Shown here piece after piece: positions 8,011-14,336 of a stretch of 20,000 nucleotides of DNA. Source of the stretch: an uncultured virus (IMG/VR IMGVR_UViG_3300042517_001086) (taxonomy: Duplodnaviria; Heunggongvirae; Uroviricota; Caudoviricetes). The stretch is taken from IMG/VR virus record IMGVR_UViG_3300042517_001086; one strand, written 5' to 3'. A program made the translations under genes and the position numbers. Position 1 is the first letter of the stretch, and each line of letters begins with the position of its first letter. The notes below the pieces were generated by a model, which had not been told where the DNA came from, did no database searches, and worked only from the letters and a program-made list of their open reading frames with translations.

Positions 8011-8262
8011 TCATTTGTTAATTGTAAAAGTTTCTGTATCTGCCTTATCAGTTTTACTAATTTTACTCTTGCGAGTCATTTTAGTAATACGTCCACGACG
8101 ATCATCATGAGAAGATTCTAAGAAACATTTATCTTCATGGTTGTCATGAAAACCCTTGAATCTCCAGTCATAACTTTTGATAATATCTTCTGGCTTAGTA
8201 GAGTGATCATATATTTCACCCTCTACCTCAAAAGAAATTATTCTATGAAAAGTTTTAGGCAT
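8011..8262 (-). CDS. hypothetical protein
   Basis: ORF track, start moved to MPKTF (GAGGAG RBS). Confidence 0.65.
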   Translation of the reverse strand: MPKTFHRIISFEVEGEIYDHSTKPEDIIKSYDWRFKGFHDNHEDKCFLESSHDDRRGRITKMTRKSKISKTDKADTETFTINK

Positions 8263-8509
8263 GATAATGCTCCTCTTCTGTGAGAGTAGCAGGCCCATTA
8301 AAATCTTCCCAATTTTCCACCAGAACTTCTGGCGCTTCTTTCCGTATCTCAGATTCTAAGGCATAATTAGATTCTTTGTCTTTCTCATGCTGAAGATAGT
8401 CTCTTAACCTATCTTTGATCTGCATGAAATCTAATTCACCCAAGATCTGGTCAATATACTTTCTCTGAATTTCCTTACGATTACTTTCACCGATATATCT
8501 AGCACGCAT
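8255..8509 (-). CDS. hypothetical protein
   Basis: ORF track; GAGGTG RBS. Confidence 0.7.
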   Translation of the reverse strand: MRARYIGESNRKEIQRKYIDQILGELDFMQIKDRLRDYLQHEKDKESNYALESEIRKEAPEVLVENWEDFNGPATLTEEEHYHA

Positions 8510-8684
8510 AAATCACCTCATGGTTTAAAAGTTAAAAACACTTTTGCCCATGATTCCCTTAGTCCCGCATTTGTCTCACCATATGCTTGACTATTGGCTC
8601 CGTTGACTCCTGTATTATACCATGATGGGGTGGTGCATGGAAATGTTATTTCTTATTTGTATTTTTTAACTGACCCCCATTGTT

Positions 8685-8730
8685 CGCTGACTATCGCCAC
8701 GGTCGCCAAATCTGAAAGATTAGATGATAC
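8685..8730. repeat. element B copy 4
   Basis: CGCTGACT-N14-CAAAT-N7-ATTAG-N2-GATAC. Confidence 0.85.
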
Positions 8731-8734
8731 AAAA

Positions 8735-8959
8735 TCAATTATCAAATAAATCATCATCAATTTGATAATCATCAGATAAGAATTGTGTCGGACTAGATTC
8801 TGGTTCTGTCGCTCGTTTTTTAATGACAATTTCTTTTTCTTCCTGATTCAAGAACATATCACAAACTATACTAACAGAACCAAATAAGAAGAAGAATAGA
8901 ATTCCAGAAATTATGTAATATCCAGCCATAAGATCATTCATAAGATTAAGCATCACCAA
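8735..8959 (-). CDS. membrane protein with acidic tail
   Basis: ORF track; one TM; start uncertain. Confidence 0.6.
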   Translation of the reverse strand: MVMLNLMNDLMAGYYIISGILFFFLFGSVSIVCDMFLNQEEKEIVIKKRATEPESSPTQFLSDDYQIDDDLFDN

Positions 8960-9290
8960 TAGTACAACGTGTTGAAGTAGTTATTATTTTCTCGTGAGGA
9001 GAATTGACAGAGTATATCGATGTGCAAATAAGTTAATAACTAACCTTGGATTTGACAGTAACCAGAGACAAGACCCATACAAACACCAAATACAAGGCAA
9101 ACTTCTAGCATATAATCTCCCAAAGTTAGAGGATAGAACAACCACAAAATATTCCACCAATAGCAACAAGCTAGCTGGGGAAAAGAACTTGACAGATACC
9201 CTGAATTGGATTATATATTATGCAGGTGCGGAGGTGATATATACTATACATACTAATAACACCAACCTTGCCCTTCCCTGCCACAGTCCT

Positions 9291-9327
9291 AGTATACCAT
9301 ATCGTCACGTTGCACACAAACCCTTGA
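9291..9327 (-). promoter_or_regulatory. nested promoter overlapped by a single element-A palindrome (9317-9341)
   Basis: TTGTGT-N17-TATACT plus TCAAG-N16-GACGATAT; CAAACCCTT-N7-GATAACTTA overlaps the -35 region. Confidence 0.55.
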
Positions 9328-9371
9328 GGACAGATAACTTACAAACGTAACCGGACTCTCACCACCGTTTA

Positions 9372-9515
9372 CTATTCTTTGACAACCTCCTTTAGTTTTT
9401 TAGTAATATTGTCGAACGTTTTATGAACTGCGCCCGTAACAGTATAGTCTTTCATATATGCCTTGATAGCATCTATTAGTTTCCAAGCTTCTTGTTTACT
9501 AATATCAATTTCCAT
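9372..9515 (-). CDS. 47-aa hypothetical protein (MEIDISKQEAWKLIDAIK...)
   Basis: Manually translated; GGAG RBS and TAATG coupling. Confidence 0.65.
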   Translation of the reverse strand: MEIDISKQEAWKLIDAIKAYMKDYTVTGAVHKTFDNITKKLKEVVKE

Positions 9516-9688
9516 TAGTTCTCCACATAAGAGTTGTCAAAACTTTGAAATAGACCAGAAACATCTTCTTCAGAGTAAGGTCAGACAGAAGGAAGTCCAA
9601 AAGCTTTTCTATTTTTAATAGTTTCGCTCATATGTTCCAGAGCATCCAAGATTATTTCCATATCATGTTTTTCGATATAATAATTCAT
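9515..9688 (-). pseudogene. 57-codon frame with an internal TGA (nonsense or readthrough)
   Basis: MNYYIEKHD...LPSV*PYSEEDVSGLFQSFDNSYVEN*; TGA at 9581-9583; final TAA overlaps the next ATG. Confidence 0.5.
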
Positions 9689-9689
9689 A

Positions 9690-9896
9690 TTAGTTCTCCA
9701 GAATATCAGGGTAGTAGTCAGAGATTTGATCTTCCAACATTTTATTAGTCAAACCCTCTTTATTATCTCTCAACATATCATAAGCAAAAGTCCACAGAGT
9801 ATTAAAGTCCATGTCATCCAAAAGTCTGTGACAATAGATGTTAGTAATATCCTGTCGATTTTCATCAGTTACAATAATTTTTTCTTTCTGCATCAC
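9690..9896 (-). CDS. hypothetical protein
   Basis: ORF track; GGGAG RBS. Confidence 0.7.
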   Translation of the reverse strand: MMQKEKIIVTDENRQDITNIYCHRLLDDMDFNTLWTFAYDMLRDNKEGLTNKMLEDQISDYYPDILEN

Positions 9897-10014
9897 AAAG
9901 GGCTCCCGGTTTTTGCCTGACTATAAGACTATATAACAAAATCTAACTAACTTTATCTATTGAGAATAAATCTCAACTATTAGTCGCTTTGTTACTATCG
10001 TTGTTACACTGTTC

Positions 10015-10065
10015 AGTATACCACACTCTGCAACTTGACGCAACTGGTTGAAACATAAGAACTTA
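10015..10065 (-). promoter_or_regulatory. sigma70-like promoter overlapped by a single element-A palindrome (10041-10065)
   Basis: TTGCGT-N17-TATACT; CAACTGGTT-N7-AAGAACTTA. Confidence 0.55.
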
Positions 10066-10100
10066 GGAACAGAGTAGCTTGTTACTATTGACATAATTCT

Positions 10101-10146
10101 CGCTGACTAACAGCAACGGCAGCAAATCCGCTGGATTAGGCGAGAC
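10101..10146. repeat. element B copy 5
   Basis: CGCTGACT-N14-CAAAT-N7-ATTAG-N2-GAGAC. Confidence 0.85.
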
Positions 10147-10192
10147 AAATGAATATAATCCTATCTTTACATTATTCATTATTATTTTAACC

Positions 10193-10268
10193 TAACCCTT
10201 TGCCCAGTAACCACTTACGTCCACATACAGTATATCGTCATCGTAACCCATTGCCAACAGCCAACTTA
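10193..10268. repeat. two extra element-A palindromes (10193-10217, 10244-10268)
   Basis: TAACCCTTT-N7-AACCACTTA and TAACCCATT-N7-GCCAACTTA. Confidence 0.6.
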
Positions 10269-10292
10269 TGAGATTCTTTTACTAAATTGACG

Positions 10293-10370
10293 CAAGTCGT
10301 TGGTATCAAATAACTTAGAGAAATTTCGGGCGCCCCGGCTTGTCGTAAGTCCTTTGAGCATAAGGGTTTG
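10293..10370. repeat. element A copy 1 (78 bp, paired palindromes)
   Basis: CAAGTCGTT-N7-AATAACTTA / 28 bp GC-rich / TAAGTCCTT-N7-AAGGGTTTG. Confidence 0.85.
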
Positions 10371-10389
10371 CGTCAAGTGATCTAGACAC

Positions 10390-10425
10390 AAAAAAGAACC
10401 GCCACCCATTGCTGAGTGGCGGCTC
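10390..10425 (-). terminator. rho-independent terminator of the DUF932 gene
   Basis: GAGCCGCCACTCA-GCAA-TGGGTGGCGGTTC followed by TTTTTT. Confidence 0.85.
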
Positions 10426-10450
10426 CCGTGTCAACCCCTATTGCGAGGGA

Positions 10451-11401
10451 TTAGAGTGCTTGAGCGAACTGCATGGCCTTTTCCAGAGCCTTGGTGTTGT
10501 CGTTCGCGTTCAGTCCGAACCACAGGCTGTCGAGCCGATTATCTTCGGTGCGACCCTTATTGTAATTCAGATACTCGTTGTAGCCGTTATACGCGGCCCA
10601 CCACGTTCCACGCACACCCGTTGCACTCTGTTTCGGGCCTTCGACCAGAGCCAGAATCTCGTCCATAATGTTACGGGTGCGAGTCTTGATCTGATCGTCC
10701 GGCGTACCGTCAATGTCGAGCATCACCTTGACATAGCGACGAACGTCGGCCTGATTGAAGTTCTTCGACGCGAGGAACTTGAACTGTTCCGCAGTCGCCT
10801 CAAACTCCATGTTGATATTGTCCATAATATCTCGCACATTTTCCAGATTGGTCTTGCTGGAACGTGTGTGACGAATACGGATCAACTTGGAACCACTAGC
10901 CTTGCTATGGGCCATCGCCATAGTGTTAGCACACACAACGCGGATCGGCGTGTAGCCAACCCGGATAGCGGTCGTGCCATCGTGCGAGTTGCTGAGAAGA
11001 ATGAACTTCCCAACCTCGTCACCCTTCACGATCTCGCTGTTGTCGCGGTTCAGTTGGGCCAGAACCCAAACTTTCTGACCGCTGTGGAGCGAACCGGCAG
11101 TATGCAATGCACACTCGCCAGCGTCCAGAAACGGCTGGAACCAATCGAACGCCTCGCTGTTTTGTAGCGGGGTGTATCGCGGGCCGACAACGCCCAAAAT
11201 GCTGTCATCGGTCTTGCGATAGGTCGCACGGGCCGGAACGGGTTGCCCGTCCACCGTGACCAAATCCTTCAGACCAACTTCCCAATCCAAACCGGCGGCA
11301 GTCATCGCCTCCGAAACCGTGGGAGCCTCGTCGAGCTTATTGCCCAGACCGTGCCACGGGGTCGCACCAACAAACATCATCTGTTCAACTGCATGAGCCA
11401 T
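10451..11401 (-). CDS. DUF932 family phage/plasmid protein (TIGR03299-like)
   Basis: PWHGLG, AGLDWEV, LGVVGPRYTPLQN, NSHDGT, TPIRVVCANT, GTWWAAYN motifs; GAAAGGGA RBS. Confidence 0.9.
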   Translation of the reverse strand: MAHAVEQMMFVGATPWHGLGNKLDEAPTVSEAMTAAGLDWEVGLKDLVTVDGQPVPARATYRKTDDSILGVVGPRYTPLQNSEAFDWFQPFLDAGECALHTAGSLHSGQKVWVLAQLNRDNSEIVKGDEVGKFILLSNSHDGTTAIRVGYTPIRVVCANTMAMAHSKASGSKLIRIRHTRSSKTNLENVRDIMDNINMEFEATAEQFKFLASKNFNQADVRRYVKVMLDIDGTPDDQIKTRTRNIMDEILALVEGPKQSATGVRGTWWAAYNGYNEYLNYNKGRTEDNRLDSLWFGLNANDNTKALEKAMQFAQAL

Positions 11402-11444
11402 AATCATCCCTTTCGTGTTGCTGTTCAATCGTTCTTATGCACTG

Positions 11445-11485
11445 ATTCTACACTATATTATCGGCAGTGTCAAGCGAAAACTTTG
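11445..11485 (-). promoter_or_regulatory. nested sigma70 / sigma28-like promoter
   Basis: TTGACA-N17-TAGAAT plus CAAAG-N15-GCCGATAA. Confidence 0.8.
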
Positions 11486-11503
11486 GAAAAATTCCGCAGG
11501 TCG

Positions 11504-11581
11504 TAAGTGGTTGGCAGATAAGGACTTACGGCGACCGGGGCCGCCCCGCCTTGTCCTAAGTCTTTGGCTGGTAAGGGTTTA
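11504..11581. repeat. element A copy 2
   Basis: TAAGTGGTT-N7-AAGGACTTA / 28 bp / TAAGTCTTT-N7-AAGGGTTTA; contains the PRT stop codon. Confidence 0.9.
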
Positions 11582-12059
11582 GGATGATCGTCCCAAACTG
11601 CTTCTCAAAATATTTAGAATTAGAAGCATTGAAAGCACACTCCTCACCAAGATAGAAATATGCCCCGATACACTTTGCTCTTGGAGTATCGTCATTGATA
11701 CTATCCATAATATGTTTGATAGTATTTCCAGAACAAATCAAATCATCAATAATAACGTATCGAGATGGAGTAACGCCTTCAATAAAAAATTCGCTATATC
11801 GTTTTTCATCCTTGCGAACGATAATAATATTTTTATTAAGAATCTCTGCAATCTGTGGCACTACCATCAAACCACTTACGCCACAACAGGCAATGCTATC
11901 AAAATCATTCTCAATCTTACGCAGAGAGCAGATAGCCTTGATAATCACACCATTCCTATATTTGTGATTTAACACTCGGCTAGTATGAGCAGCCCCTTGA
12001 ATTATCTTGCCGTCTGGGGTACGCCGAAAATCATCAAGCTCTTGCTGAAAAGCGTTCAT
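11556..12059 (-). CDS. type I phosphoribosyltransferase-like protein
   Basis: PRPP-binding motif YVIIDDLICSGNT; preceding IACCGVSG and VRK loop. Confidence 0.85.
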   Translation of the reverse strand: MNAFQQELDDFRRTPDGKIIQGAAHTSRVLNHKYRNGVIIKAICSLRKIENDFDSIACCGVSGLMVVPQIAEILNKNIIIVRKDEKRYSEFFIEGVTPSRYVIIDDLICSGNTIKHIMDSINDDTPRAKCIGAYFYLGEECAFNASNSKYFEKQFGTIILNPYQPKT

Positions 12060-12061
12060 AA

Positions 12062-12146
12062 AGTGTGTGGTCGGATTTGAACCGACAATCCCGATAAGAA
12101 AGAAAGGAATTAAGAATAGGGTCTAGTCCCACCTAGATGCACACAC
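12062..12146 (-). ncRNA. tRNA-like RNA with an expanded (20-nt) pyrimidine-rich anticodon loop
   Basis: Acceptor GTGTGTG/CACACAC+T; D-arm TCTAG/CTAGA; T-arm GTCGG-TTCAAAT-CCGAC; imperfect anticodon stem CCTAT/ATCGG enclosing TCTTAATTCCTTTCTTTCTT. Confidence 0.75.
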
Positions 12147-12152
12147 AAAAAA

Positions 12153-12329
12153 TCAATCTTCATCTTCCTCAATACTAGGATAATAGTTCTTGCCATAAGA
12201 TGGAACCTCGTCATCTTCTTCCTCAAGATCATTCATCCAAGGTTCTTCATCCAGACCAAGATCCTCGGTATTTTCTACCAATTCATCGTAGTCATAGTTA
12301 TAGCCGTCATAGTAATCTTCATATCTCAT
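12153..12329 (-). CDS. 58-aa highly acidic, Tyr-rich protein
   Basis: Manually translated MRYEDYYDGYNYDYDE...IEEDED; 24 D/E versus 2 K/R; AAGAAAGGGAG RBS; own promoter. Confidence 0.75.
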   Translation of the reverse strand: MRYEDYYDGYNYDYDELVENTEDLGLDEEPWMNDLEEEDDEVPSYGKNYYPSIEEDED

Positions 12330-12353
12330 ATTTCTACTCCCTTTCTTACCTCT

Positions 12354-12381
12354 ATTCTACACCAACAATCGTCACTGTCAA
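12354..12381 (-). promoter_or_regulatory. sigma70 promoter with internal GACGAT
   Basis: TTGACA-N16-TAGAAT immediately 3' of tRNA-Lys. Confidence 0.65.
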
Positions 12382-12382
12382 G

Positions 12383-12455
12383 TGGGCCCTCGGGGACTCG
12401 AACCCCGAACCTATCGGTTAAAAGCCGAATGCTCTGCCAATTGAGCTAAAGGCCC
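12383..12455 (-). tRNA. tRNA-Lys(TTT)
   Basis: Cloverleaf; anticodon loop CTTTTAA; TTCGAGT T-loop. Confidence 0.93.
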
Positions 12456-12461
12456 GCCTTA

Positions 12462-12638
12462 TTATTCGGTTACGGTAATTTCCTCGTAAGAATAACTTTG
12501 GATATTTTCGGTTGTAAAATCATACAGCTTGTCGAAAACATCGACCCAATCAAAATCCTCTTGCATAGAGAGAGTAATTTCGGCCAGAGATTTACCATCC
12601 TCAGTCAGAATATCATAGATGCGAAGGTTCTTCATCAT
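12462..12638 (-). CDS. acidic hypothetical protein
   Basis: ORF track, start moved to MMKNLR (AAGAAAGGAA RBS). Confidence 0.7.
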   Translation of the reverse strand: MMKNLRIYDILTEDGKSLAEITLSMQEDFDWVDVFDKLYDFTTENIQSYSYEEITVTE

Positions 12639-12660
12639 CACTTTCCTTTCTTGTTCCAAC

Positions 12661-12703
12661 AGTCTACCATACCAATATCGTCCTGTCAACACCCAAAACT
12701 TTA
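12661..12703 (-). promoter_or_regulatory. nested sigma70 / sigma28-like promoter
   Basis: TTGACA-N17-TAGACT plus TAAAG-N16-GACGATAT. Confidence 0.75.
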
Positions 12704-12710
12704 AGATTCT

Positions 12711-12756
12711 CGCTGACTATCGCCAAGACCACCAAATCCGTAGGATTAGCAGAAAC
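12711..12756. repeat. element B copy 6
   Basis: CGCTGACT-N14-CAAAT-N7-ATTAG-N2-GAAAC; 3 bp from the tRNA-Glu 3' end. Confidence 0.85.
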
Positions 12757-12759
12757 AAA

Positions 12760-12831
12760 TGACCCCACTGGGTTACGCTCCCAGGTCTCCGGCGTGAAAG
12801 GCCAGCGTACTAACTACTATACTATGGGGCC
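12760..12831 (-). tRNA. tRNA-Glu(TTC), atypical T-loop AGCGTAA
   Basis: GGCCCCA/TGGGGTC; anticodon loop CTTTCAC; T-stem CTGGG/CCCAG. Confidence 0.85.
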
Positions 12832-12866
12832 GCACTCGCAACTCAAACATCAGCCTCCGATTAGCA

Positions 12867-12907
12867 ATCATACATCTGTTATCGGCAGTTGTCAAGGCCA
12901 GCCTTTA
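12867..12907 (-). promoter_or_regulatory. nested sigma70 / sigma28-like promoter
   Basis: TTGACA-N17-TATGAT plus TAAAG-N16-GCCGATAA. Confidence 0.8.
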
Positions 12908-12915
12908 GAAAATCC

Positions 12916-12993
12916 TAAGTCTTTATGGTACAAGCACTTACGTCGAAGGCGGTCCGCCACATTTGTTCTAAGTCCTTTCATACCAACAACTTA
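12916..12993. repeat. element A copy 3
   Basis: TAAGTCTTT-N7-AAGCACTTA / 28 bp / TAAGTCCTT-N7-AACAACTTA; 1 bp from the tRNA-Tyr 3' end. Confidence 0.9.
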
Positions 12994-12994
12994 G

Positions 12995-13076
12995 TGGTAG
13001 ATGCTGGATTCGAACCAGCGAAGGCAATGCCAGCAGATTTACAGTCTGCCCTCGTTGTCCACTTGAGTAATCTACC
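12995..13076 (-). tRNA. tRNA-Tyr(GTA)
   Basis: GGTAGAT/ATCTACC; anticodon loop CTGTAAA; long variable arm. Confidence 0.93.
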
Positions 13077-13080
13077 TAAA

Positions 13081-13167
13081 CGGCTGGAACAGGATTCGAA
13101 CCTGTGGACGGTTTTAATCGTCACATCTTTAGCAAAGATGCGCATTAGACCACTCTGCCATCCAGCC
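13081..13167 (-). tRNA. tRNA-Ser(GCT)
   Basis: GGCTGGA/TCCAGCC; anticodon loop TTGCTAA; long variable arm; G73. Confidence 0.93.
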
Positions 13168-13846
13168 TCAGTTCTTTTCTATTAGTATTTATCCCGTATT
13201 CTTTTGCCCATTTTCTTACAGCATTATCTGATACGTCAAATATTGCAGCAGTTTGTGTCCAATTATTCTTTATAAGTAACGCTATTAATTCTTCTTTTGA
13301 TGGTCTTTCTTTTACTTTTCTTCTATTTATTTTTGCACAAGTATATGAGCAGTATTTTTTATTGTATGTATTATTGTAACAAACAACACATGCATTGTAT
13401 TGTTTTTTTTGTTTTTTTCTAGAGATAGACGATTCTAGATCTACTGCTCTATAGGTCTGTTGTTTTATATTAGTTCTAGATTCTTTATATCCATTTAACT
13501 CTTCATGTAGTTCTCTATGACAGTTAGAGCATAACAATAAACACTTATCCGCTTCTTGTGTTAATTTTTTCCAACTCTGAGTATTTCCATTACTAGACAA
13601 TCCAAAATCTTTTTCGTTTGGATCCTTATGATGGAAATCTAAAGCTGAAACGCACTTATTATAACCGCACTTTTCACACTTTCCACCCTTATAGTCTACT
13701 AAATCTTTTTTGAGTCTTTTTCTTTTTCTACTAACAGCATCCATCCTGCATTTAGTACAACGATAATATCCTCTATTTTCCAGAATAAACTTTACATCAC
13801 CATGATGTTTACAGTTTCTAGTTATATACCTATCTTTATTTTCCAT
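13145..13846 (-). CDS. HNH endonuclease with C-terminal HTH
   Basis: CEKCGY...ALDFHHKDP...CLLLCSNCHRELH; C-terminal WTQTAAIFDVSDNAVRKW HTH; stop codon lies inside tRNA-Ser. Confidence 0.85.
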   Translation of the reverse strand: MENKDRYITRNCKHHGDVKFILENRGYYRCTKCRMDAVSRKRKRLKKDLVDYKGGKCEKCGYNKCVSALDFHHKDPNEKDFGLSSNGNTQSWKKLTQEADKCLLLCSNCHRELHEELNGYKESRTNIKQQTYRAVDLESSISRKKQKKQYNACVVCYNNTYNKKYCSYTCAKINRRKVKERPSKEELIALLIKNNWTQTAAIFDVSDNAVRKWAKEYGINTNRKELRLDGRVV

Positions 13847-13864
13847 GACCTATTTTTCTAAAAG

Positions 13865-13936
13865 CTGTGGGAACTGGTTCTGCCCCAGTATCTTACACTT
13901 TAACAGAGTGCCGCATTACTGTTATGCTATCCCACA
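13865..13936 (-). tRNA. tRNA-Asn(GTT), atypical T-loop GGCAGAA
   Basis: TGTGGGA/TCCCACA; anticodon loop CTGTTAA; T-stem ACTGG/CCAGT. Confidence 0.85.
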
Positions 13937-13960
13937 ATGGTATGTCTTGATCGTTATACC

Positions 13961-13972
13961 ATATAATACACC
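13961..13972 (-). promoter_or_regulatory. GGTGTATTAT motif upstream of tRNA-Asn and HNH
   Basis: GGTGTATTATAT identical to 4586-4597. Confidence 0.45.
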
Positions 13973-14007
13973 AAAGTTCGATTTTTAATCTGTTTTTCAA
14001 TTAAATA

Positions 14008-14080
14008 ATCCGCGGGGTGGATTTGAACCACCACTCAGCTGATCCAAAGTCAGCCGCTTTGCCAGTTAAGCTACCGCGGA
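14008..14080 (-). tRNA. tRNA-Gln(TTG)
   Basis: TCCGCGG/CCGCGGA; anticodon loop CTTTGGA; TTCAAAT T-loop. Confidence 0.92.
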
Positions 14081-14085
14081 ACAAG

Positions 14086-14158
14086 AGCCAGTGGCAGGAG
14101 TTGCACCCGCGACATTCAAATTACAAATTTGACGCTCTGCTGACTGAGCTACACTGGC
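14086..14158 (-). tRNA. tRNA-Thr(TGT), T-loop TGCAACT
   Basis: GCCAGTG/CACTGGC; anticodon loop TTTGTAA. Confidence 0.9.
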
Positions 14159-14174
14159 ATACTACTAATTATAC

Positions 14175-14336
14175 TCAATAGTCCCCATTCTCGCAAGCCC
14201 TGCGATTTTCAGCGGATCGGGTTCGGGTTCGCTTGGGGCGATTGTCCATAACGGTATGACGGTGTTCCTTGTGACCCGTAGGAACTTGCCACTGCGGTCG
14301 AACCTTGATTTTGATATGGTTGCGTTTGGGTCGCAT
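14175..14336 (-). CDS. small basic protein (MRPKRNHIKIKV...), overlapping the upstream gene
   Basis: ORF track; Arg/Lys/His-rich; start uncertain, no clear SD. Confidence 0.45.
   Translation of the reverse strand: MRPKRNHIKIKVRPQWQVPTGHKEHRHTVMDNRPKRTRTRSAENRRACENGDY

Noticed and set aside
8984..9350. ORFs 8984-9169 (-) and 8994-9350 (+)
   Set aside because: No RBS, no motifs, and they cross promoter and operator-like sites; region treated as mostly non-coding.
10409..11167. 252-aa plus-strand ORF
   Set aside because: Antisense shadow of the GC-rich DUF932 gene; no motif or RBS.
12062..12146. tmRNA or selenocysteine tRNA
   Set aside because: No G3-U70 alanine identity or tag ORF; no TCA anticodon, 8-bp acceptor or long variable arm.
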